64,000 nucleotides of DNA, from the NCBI GenBank assembly GCA_964598205.1, contig CAZRBB010000001.1, positions 28,199 through 92,198 of the forward strand, read 5' to 3'. A program made the translations under genes and the position numbers. This document shows positions 57,789 through 64,000 of the stretch, piece after piece. The stretch comes from an uncultured Candidatus Saccharibacteria bacterium. Lineage in GTDB: Bacteria; Patescibacteriota; Minisyncoccia; CAIUEV01; JAHKAQ01. Each line of letters opens with the position of its first letter. Position 1 is the stretch's first letter. Below the pieces are notes generated by a model, which worked only from the letters and a program-made list of their open reading frames with translations, was not told the DNA's origin and made no database searches.

Positions 57789-58760
57789 CTAAACAATAAA
57801 ACAGGTTAAATTTGGTTGTCCCCGAAAAAAATCGTTGGCTGGCATTGGCTTTTTCCCTTCTGGCTGAACAATTTCGGTGAGCAGTTGACCATTTCTGGTT
57901 ACCACAAAACTGAAAGGATTATTTTTATTCGGCTTTAGAATTGTTCCTGGTGGTAGGCCATTACTTGGAGTACTGTCTTTTGCGGTTTTGGTCCGGATAA
58001 TATTCAATCGTTTCTTTTCTTTTTTAGAATCCAAAAAGAAAGTGTAAGTTTTGGGCCAAGGATTTAGGGCTCTAATCTGGGCGTCTATTTCGGCGCTGTC
58101 TTTTTGCCAATCAATTAGTCCGTCTTCCTTTTTAATAAGCTTAGTATAGGTCGCCTTTTCTTCCTCTTGTTTTTTAGGTTTTATTTTTCCTTCGCAATAA
58201 GAGAGGATTGTCTCCATTAACATTTTAGCGCCTAATTCTGAAAGTTCGTTGTGCAGTTTTTCAAAGGTAATTTCAGGAGAAAGACTAACTGATTTTTGAT
58301 TCAAAATATCTCCAGCGTCCATTCGAGAATCAAGCTTTATAATAGTGACTCCCGTTTCTTTATCTTGGTTAAAAATAGCGGCTTGAATTGGCGCCGGTCC
58401 TCGGTATTTAGGCAAAAGAGATGGATGAATATTTAAACAGCCCCAACGAGGAATTTTTAAAACCGCTTCTGGCAAGATTATTCCATAACTGGCCACCACA
58501 ATTAAATCTGGTTTTTCTTTTTTAACTTGTTCTAAGGAACAGGCTTCTTTAAAATTCTCTGGCCAAAAAAGCGGAGTCTTAGGGTAATTTTTAAGTACAA
58601 AATTTTTAACTTCCGAACAAGTTAATTTTAAACCTCTTCCACAAAGACAGTCGGGGCAAGTGCAAACAGAAACAGAATAAAGAGGGCTATTTAAAAGTTC
58701 CTTTAAGGTGGGCACCGCAAAAGCGGAAGTGCCCATAAAAATTATTTTTAATTTTGGCAT
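57789..58760 (-). CDS. fmt: Methionyl-tRNA formyltransferase
   Basis: IFMGTSAFA, NIHPSLLPKYRGPAPIQ, MDAGDI, IRALNPWP. Confidence 0.96.
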   Translation of the reverse strand: MPKLKIIFMGTSAFAVPTLKELLNSPLYSVSVCTCPDCLCGRGLKLTCSEVKNFVLKNYPKTPLFWPENFKEACSLEQVKKEKPDLIVVASYGIILPEAVLKIPRWGCLNIHPSLLPKYRGPAPIQAAIFNQDKETGVTIIKLDSRMDAGDILNQKSVSLSPEITFEKLHNELSELGAKMLMETILSYCEGKIKPKKQEEEKATYTKLIKKEDGLIDWQKDSAEIDAQIRALNPWPKTYTFFLDSKKEKKRLNIIRTKTAKDSTPSNGLPPGTILKPNKNNPFSFVVTRNGQLLTEIVQPEGKKPMPANDFFRGQPNLTCFIV

Positions 58761-59203
58761 CGGTCGGGGAGTAAAATTCCTTCTAAGTGATCGAATTCGT
58801 GTTGAATGGCGCGGGCCAAAAGACCTTTGGCTTTTAATCTTTGTTTTTTACCGGTTTCGTCTTGGTATTTTATGGTTACTTTTTTGCTTCTTTCCACCTG
58901 CCGAAACATCCCTGGGAAAGAAAGGCAACCTTCTTCCATGGACTCTTTGTCTCGAGACAAATTTTTAATTTCTGGATTAATAAAAACATAAAGCTGATAA
59001 TCAAGCTCAATAATAAAAAGTCGAAAAAAGTAACCCACCTGGGGCGCCGCCAAACCAATGCCATTATTTAAATGCAGGGTCTTGGCCATTTGCTTAACCA
59101 GTGCCTTGGTTTCTGGGCTTTCTGGTCTAAGAATGGGTTGGGATTTGTTCCGCAAAAGCGGGTCGGTCCCTGGAATTATTTTTAAACCTTCAGTATTAAA
59201 CAT
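58748..59203 (-). CDS. def: Peptide deformylase
   Basis: GIGLAAPQVG, EGCLS, QHEFDHLEG. Confidence 0.97.
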   Translation of the reverse strand: MFNTEGLKIIPGTDPLLRNKSQPILRPESPETKALVKQMAKTLHLNNGIGLAAPQVGYFFRLFIIELDYQLYVFINPEIKNLSRDKESMEEGCLSFPGMFRQVERSKKVTIKYQDETGKKQRLKAKGLLARAIQHEFDHLEGILLPDRCQN

Positions 59204-59391
59204 TTTTTTGATTCAACTTCTCTTGATTATTTAAAAAAATAACAAAAGAAGCAAGTAAATCGGCAAACTACATTGCTTTTTAGGCTAATTTGTGCTGTAA
59301 TCCTTGGTTCAAAGAACATTACCAATTGCCAAAAAATCACAACAACCGCGTACCACAAAGGGTGTAAACATGCAAACAAAGGGAGGTGCTT

Positions 59392-60243
59392 ATGCAGATG
59401 AACAAAGTTAACGAGGCAGGGGATCTGGTTATTGCCAAGGAGTCGGCCGACTACTCGTATCTTTTTGGCCGAAATAGCCAGTACGAGGTTCGCGCCTACA
59501 TTGGCGACGAAACATACAACATTATTAACAATGTAGGGGGGATTGGCGATCAGGTCTCCGAAGTCTATGTTCGAAGTTTTAGTGATGGCAAGTACTGGAA
59601 CGAAAGCTGGACTCCTCAAAAGGCCTCGGCAGAAATCAATCAAGCTCTGCTCTGGGATAACCAGAAGCGCATTCCGGTAGCCGCGCTCTTAATTTACCAC
59701 GGAGACGATCCGGAGATGGCGCACCTCAAAGAAAAGGTCATCGGTCTTTCCTGGGGAGTCCTTTTGGAGAATCTGGAAGCCTTAGACCAAAAACGGGATT
59801 TTCCGTTCAGTCTTCCGAAAAACTCCAAGAAATTCGGAAAAAAATTGTTTACCGCCTGGGCCCGCAATTTCTACCAGGAAGAAAGGGTGTTGGTGTACCG
59901 CGAGGTCGCCGTCCACCCCGACGCCCGGAAAAAGGGCAACCCGTTCATTGCCCACTTGGCGTACCCGATCGTTGGCCGTGCCTGGGAGCTTGGTTATCCG
60001 GTACTCATGTATTGGACCAACCGAAAATCCCCCAGCGTCGGCCTTGGTCTGGGCCTCGGCTGGTTGCCCATCTATTTTTGGGGCGATCCGGCCGATCACC
60101 TATTGATAGCCGGGCATACCAAGCCGTCTTCCGAAACCATGTTGACTTGTCTAGACAAGGACAAGTCAGTGGTAAAGGCCGGCTGGGAAACAGTAATTTC
60201 CCGTGCCATTGATTTTTCTGAAAGACACCCCCAACCGAAATAG
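59392..60243 (+). CDS. GNAT-fold acyltransferase
   Basis: VY..SF...WNESWT, VIGLSWG, YREVAVHPDARKKG (motif A-like), WTN; SD GGGAGG; visibly GC-richer than flanks. Confidence 0.65.
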   Translation: MQMNKVNEAGDLVIAKESADYSYLFGRNSQYEVRAYIGDETYNIINNVGGIGDQVSEVYVRSFSDGKYWNESWTPQKASAEINQALLWDNQKRIPVAALLIYHGDDPEMAHLKEKVIGLSWGVLLENLEALDQKRDFPFSLPKNSKKFGKKLFTAWARNFYQEERVLVYREVAVHPDARKKGNPFIAHLAYPIVGRAWELGYPVLMYWTNRKSPSVGLGLGLGWLPIYFWGDPADHLLIAGHTKPSSETMLTCLDKDKSVVKAGWETVISRAIDFSERHPQPK

Positions 60244-60275
60244 AGGATCGGCGCGGGGCCGTATGCCGTATAAAG

Positions 60276-60338
60276 AAAAGAGCGAGTTATTCTTTTGGTG
60301 CTAACAACCAAAGGTAGCCTCGTTCTTTTTTATTTTTT
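60276..60338 (+). terminator. Terminator-like long hairpin after the GNAT gene
   Basis: AAAAGAGCGAG..TTTTGGT/ACCAAAG..CTCGTTCTTTT followed by T-rich tract. Confidence 0.6.
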
Positions 60339-60393
60339 AAAAATGTTTTATACTAACAAAAATACTACATCGTCTTATTCTTATTTCTTGAAA

Positions 60394-61239
60394 ATGAACG
60401 GAAGAAATATTGCCGAAATTTCCCGCCAAGCAGTCGCCGAAAGACCAGATTACCTAGAAGGATTTTTTACCGGCGCTAAAAGTCGGAACTATTTTTTAGG
60501 GATTAACTACGCTTCGGCGGTGGTAAATAAAAAATTCTCTCATCCTGGATCAGCTCTCTTAGATTGCATCAACGCTTTTGATTTGGCAGAAGTTGCTCAA
60601 GCTAATATTGGCCAAATAAATATGATCAAAGTCTCTTCTTTTTGTGGCCCAGACGGAATTATTTGGGGTTACGATGTTGCCCAAGTGCCTAAAGAAATTA
60701 ATCACTGGGGAATTGATCCAGTAGGAGATACTGATGGTAATAAAATTCCAATTTATGACGCCGATCCCCTAAGAGAAGCTTTTAAAAAACTAACTGGCAC
60801 CGTTTCTAAAAAACGGTTTCCTTTTTTACCAGCAGCCCATGTTCCGTGTGCGGCCAAATTTGTTACCGTTCTTGAACCAGGCTTTATTTTTTCGGCGGTA
60901 GGTATTGGTATTCCAGTAGAAAGAGATAAAGCAGCTTGCCTTATTATGGAAGATATTGGCAGTCTTTCCTTGGAAGAATTAGGAACTTATGGCAGCAACT
61001 ATCAGGAAGTCGTTGTGAATAATTTAGCCAAAAGCATTGTTCAAATTGGAAAGAATCAACAAGTAAAGTTTAAAGAAATTTTTGCTGGTATTTCAGAGGC
61101 TAAAGTAGAAAAAGAGCAAGCTGGCTGTTCTTTAGTGGCCATGCCTTATTTTGTTTTAGCCAAAAATGCTTATCCCAAGGATCAGGACTTAGACAAATTA
61201 AGCTTAAGCGAGTGGGAAAAATCAATCTTCAAGATTTAA
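60394..61239 (+). CDS. hdcA: Pyruvoyl-dependent histidine decarboxylase proenzyme
   Basis: LD.I.AFDLAE...NIGQINMIKVS-SF self-cleavage site, GYD, PIYDA.PL, CAAK, MEDIG, AKSI, PY; colinear with Lactobacillus HdcA as I recall it. Confidence 0.85.
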   Translation: MNGRNIAEISRQAVAERPDYLEGFFTGAKSRNYFLGINYASAVVNKKFSHPGSALLDCINAFDLAEVAQANIGQINMIKVSSFCGPDGIIWGYDVAQVPKEINHWGIDPVGDTDGNKIPIYDADPLREAFKKLTGTVSKKRFPFLPAAHVPCAAKFVTVLEPGFIFSAVGIGIPVERDKAACLIMEDIGSLSLEELGTYGSNYQEVVVNNLAKSIVQIGKNQQVKFKEIFAGISEAKVEKEQAGCSLVAMPYFVLAKNAYPKDQDLDKLSLSEWEKSIFKI

Positions 61240-61254
61240 TCTTCTTCCCTTAAA

Positions 61255-63435
61255 ATGGAAATTATTTATCCCGTTGTTTATTTTATCTCTGTTTTTATTT
61301 GCGGATCGTTAGCCTTCTTGGTTCTTCTAAGAGACAGAAAATCAAAATTAAATCGTTCTTTTTTCTGGCTTTCACTCTCTATTGCTGGCTGGATTCTCTC
61401 CCTCTACTTTTTCTATTTTCTTCATGATGGCAATGTTTTACCGTTGGGCAGGCTTAATTTTGCTTTTACAGAACTAATTGCTGTTTTTATTTTTTATTTT
61501 GCCTTCCGATTCCCCAAGGAATCGTTCAAAATAAGAAAATCGCTAAATGTCCTTATATTTTTATGGACGGTTTTTTTGGTAGGGATAACTCTTTTTACCG
61601 ATTTAATAGACAAAGAAGAAATCATTAATAATGGAGCCATTAAAACAATCTATGGATCCTTTTATTTTTTGTTCGTGGTGCACTTTTTCCTTTTTTTTAT
61701 TCTTTTTTCGATCTTCTCCTTATTAAAATACAAGAATTTAGAAAACTTAGAGCGTTATCAGGCAAAGTATTTTATTTTAGGAGCTTTTGCCGCCATTATC
61801 CCAGCAACAATTACCAACATTGTCTTACCTCTTTTCTTTGACTACTTTGACGCTCAATACTGGGGACCATTTTTCACTCTTCTTTTTACTGGGGCAGTTA
61901 CTTATTCCATTATTGCCCACCGTTTTATGAATATTCAAATAATTCTAAGAAGCGGTTCGGTTTACTTTCTTTCTTTTCTTACCTTGATTTTCTTTTCTTG
62001 GATTTTTAAATATTTTTTAGGGTTTTTGCTTTTAGAAAATAATTTTTGGAGTTGGAGTGATTTTTTAGTAACAGTGGTGGCCATCTTAGTCTTCTATCCC
62101 ATTAGGAATTACTATTTTAAGATTACCAATAAGTATTTCTTTTCCTCTCTTTATAACAGTAGCCAAGTTATTTATGACCTAAGTAAAAAAATAAGCTCCA
62201 CATTAAACGATAACGAAATCTATAAGTTAGTTTGTTCTACCCTAGACGAAGCCTTTCATGTTGACGGGATTGCCATTTTAAAATACAAAAAAAACCATTC
62301 TTTTCTTAGGGTTAAAAGGAGCGAAAGCCTAGCTTTTAAAAATAACAGCCTAACACTAGAAGAGAGTCTCTATGAAGAATATTTTAGAAAGGGAAAATTA
62401 GTTTTTACGGAAGACTTAGCAAAGAATAAAAAACTAAAAGAATCTTTTGGCAATCTTAGGGCAAGTAAAATTGCAATAGTGGTTCCTCTTAATGTTGGCG
62501 AAAATCCAGTAGGAATAATTACCATTGGGTCCAAAGAATCCAGAGATCCTTACAACAAAGAAGACTTAGAAATGTTAGAAGTAATTAGTGCCCAAGTGGC
62601 AATCGCTATTCAGAACGCTATTTCTTATAAAGAAATCAAGGAATTTTCTAAAAAAATGGAAAGAGAAGTTAAAAAAGCCACCAAAGAATTAACTTCTACC
62701 AACAAGAAATTAAGGAAAATAGACAAAGCCAAGTCCGAATTTATTTCTATCGCTTCGCATCAGTTAAGAACTCCATTGACTTCTATTAAGGGATTCACCT
62801 CTCTCTTAATAGACGGTTCTTATGGCGATATTTCCCCTGAACAAAAACAAGTTTTAGAAAAAGTTTATATTTCCAATGAACGATTAATTATGTTGGTAGA
62901 AGACTTGCTCAATGTTTCTCGGATCGAAAGAGGTAAATTAGACTATGAGTTTCAAGAAATAAAAATGGTTGATTTAATAGAAAGCGTGATCAAGATTATG
63001 AACATTCAGGCCAAAGAAAGAAACCTTTTCCTTAAATTCGAAAACAAGGCGCCAGTAAATTTTACAATAGAAGCTGATTACAGAAAGTTAGTCGAAATAA
63101 TTGGCAATTTAGTGGATAATGCCATTAAATATACTGAAAAAGGAGGAGTAACGGTTGTTTTAAATAAGCAAAAAGATTCATCGGTATTAATAGAAGTCAT
63201 GGATACTGGGGTGGGTATTAAAAGAACAGAGATTCCTAAGCTGTTTGAAAAGTTCAGTCGTGGAGAAGGGATTCATCGGCTTTATGCTGGAGGAACTGGA
63301 TTGGGGCTGTATGTGGTTAAAAAAATGACAGAAGCCCATGGAGGAAAGGTTTGGATTAAAAGCGCTGGAGAAGGCAAGGGGAGTTCATTTTTATTGGAAC
63401 TGCCTTTGCATCAAAAAAAAATTGACCAAACATAA
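61255..63435 (+). CDS. Sensor histidine kinase, N-terminal 7TM domain + GAF + HisKA + HATPase
   Basis: Multi-TM N-terminus, GAF (IVVPL..G.I.IG.K...PY..ED), SIASHQLRTPL, NLVDNAIKYT, DTGVG, GTGLGL. Confidence 0.93.
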   Translation: MEIIYPVVYFISVFICGSLAFLVLLRDRKSKLNRSFFWLSLSIAGWILSLYFFYFLHDGNVLPLGRLNFAFTELIAVFIFYFAFRFPKESFKIRKSLNVLIFLWTVFLVGITLFTDLIDKEEIINNGAIKTIYGSFYFLFVVHFFLFFILFSIFSLLKYKNLENLERYQAKYFILGAFAAIIPATITNIVLPLFFDYFDAQYWGPFFTLLFTGAVTYSIIAHRFMNIQIILRSGSVYFLSFLTLIFFSWIFKYFLGFLLLENNFWSWSDFLVTVVAILVFYPIRNYYFKITNKYFFSSLYNSSQVIYDLSKKISSTLNDNEIYKLVCSTLDEAFHVDGIAILKYKKNHSFLRVKRSESLAFKNNSLTLEESLYEEYFRKGKLVFTEDLAKNKKLKESFGNLRASKIAIVVPLNVGENPVGIITIGSKESRDPYNKEDLEMLEVISAQVAIAIQNAISYKEIKEFSKKMEREVKKATKELTSTNKKLRKIDKAKSEFISIASHQLRTPLTSIKGFTSLLIDGSYGDISPEQKQVLEKVYISNERLIMLVEDLLNVSRIERGKLDYEFQEIKMVDLIESVIKIMNIQAKERNLFLKFENKAPVNFTIEADYRKLVEIIGNLVDNAIKYTEKGGVTVVLNKQKDSSVLIEVMDTGVGIKRTEIPKLFEKFSRGEGIHRLYAGGTGLGLYVVKKMTEAHGGKVWIKSAGEGKGSSFLLELPLHQKKIDQT

Positions 63436-63521
63436 TCTTCATTTGCTCTAGCAGCGCTTTCTATGTTAAACATTCTAAAGATTAGCATAGGATTTCGTTG
63501 CTGTTTATTAATTAGAAATTT

Positions 63522-64000
63522 ATGAAAATTGTTTTTAGAATTTATAATTGGGGATGTAAAAAGGAGCGAGAACTAGAAGAAAACATTGAAGAAGGCAAAG
63601 ATTATGTGATTAGTAATAATTTTGGCAAATTCATTGCATTCGTCGAAAAGGTGGAAAAAAAAATTGCTAAAAAGGATTCTGAGCTTTGTATTTCCGAAGA
63701 AAAAACCGAATGCCCGGCATTTTGCAAAGAAGATTATTTTAAAATTATTCGCCTAGCAGAAGAAAAAGATTTAGCGGCTGCCAAGGAATTAAGAAAAGAA
63801 GAAATATCTATTTTGGAAAAAAGTCGGCTAAAGGTAAAAGAACATAATCTGCCAATGAAGTTAGTCGGAGCGAATATTAGCTTGGACGGCGGTAGTGTAG
63901 TGGTGGCCTTTACTGCAGAAAATAAGGTGGATTTTCGGGATTTGGTGCGCGATTTGGCGCGGACGGTACAAAAGGCAGTCCGCTTGGAACAAATAGGATC
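63522..64000 (+). CDS. ricT: PSP1-domain protein RicT/YaaT (runs off window end)
   Basis: Hand translation: IIRLAEEKD...HNLPMKLV...LDG...AFTAENKVDFRDLVRDLA..VRLEQIG. Confidence 0.85.
   Translation, partial: MKIVFRIYNWGCKKERELEENIEEGKDYVISNNFGKFIAFVEKVEKKIAKKDSELCISEEKTECPAFCKEDYFKIIRLAEEKDLAAAKELRKEEISILEKSRLKVKEHNLPMKLVGANISLDGGSVVVAFTAENKVDFRDLVRDLARTVQKAVRLEQIG

Noticed and set aside
59227-60311. Antisense ORFs opposite the GNAT gene
   Set aside because: Shadow frames of a GC-rich gene with no motifs.

Overview
AT-rich bacterial chromosome segment using the standard code (TGA is a stop). It is most likely a Patescibacteria/CPR (Parcubacteria-like) genome; this is an inference from the compact rpoB/rpoC, ThrRS lacking the N-terminal TGS domain, an unlinked 5S rRNA and CPR-typical hypothetical proteins. 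Core genes: ychF, pyrF, rodA, rplY, hup, ymdB, rny, miaA, miaB, thrS, rpoB, rpoC, pnp, rpsO, pcrA, fmt, def and a partial ricT, plus four tRNAs (Ser-GCT, Arg-CCT, Thr-TGT, Gly-TCC) and a 5S rRNA. Accessory regions: a patch after tRNA-Ser (3.6-13 kb) and a surface-glycan locus (41-54 kb). Most notable observations: (i) a structured non-coding element in two copies (50043-50202, 57636-57783) with a shared ~90-nt core, fully covarying stems and GC-GNA-GC mini-hairpins, which I cannot assign to a known family; (ii) a pyruvoyl histidine decarboxylase gene 15 bp from a 7TM-GAF sensor kinase, without the usual antiporter and preceded by a GC-rich GNAT gene, a candidate amine signalling module; (iii) a very compact T-box upstream of thrS; (iv) a 110-nt G-U-rich hairpin leading a GC-rich LysM-like/repeat secreted protein. 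No CRISPR array, integrase or transposase was seen.
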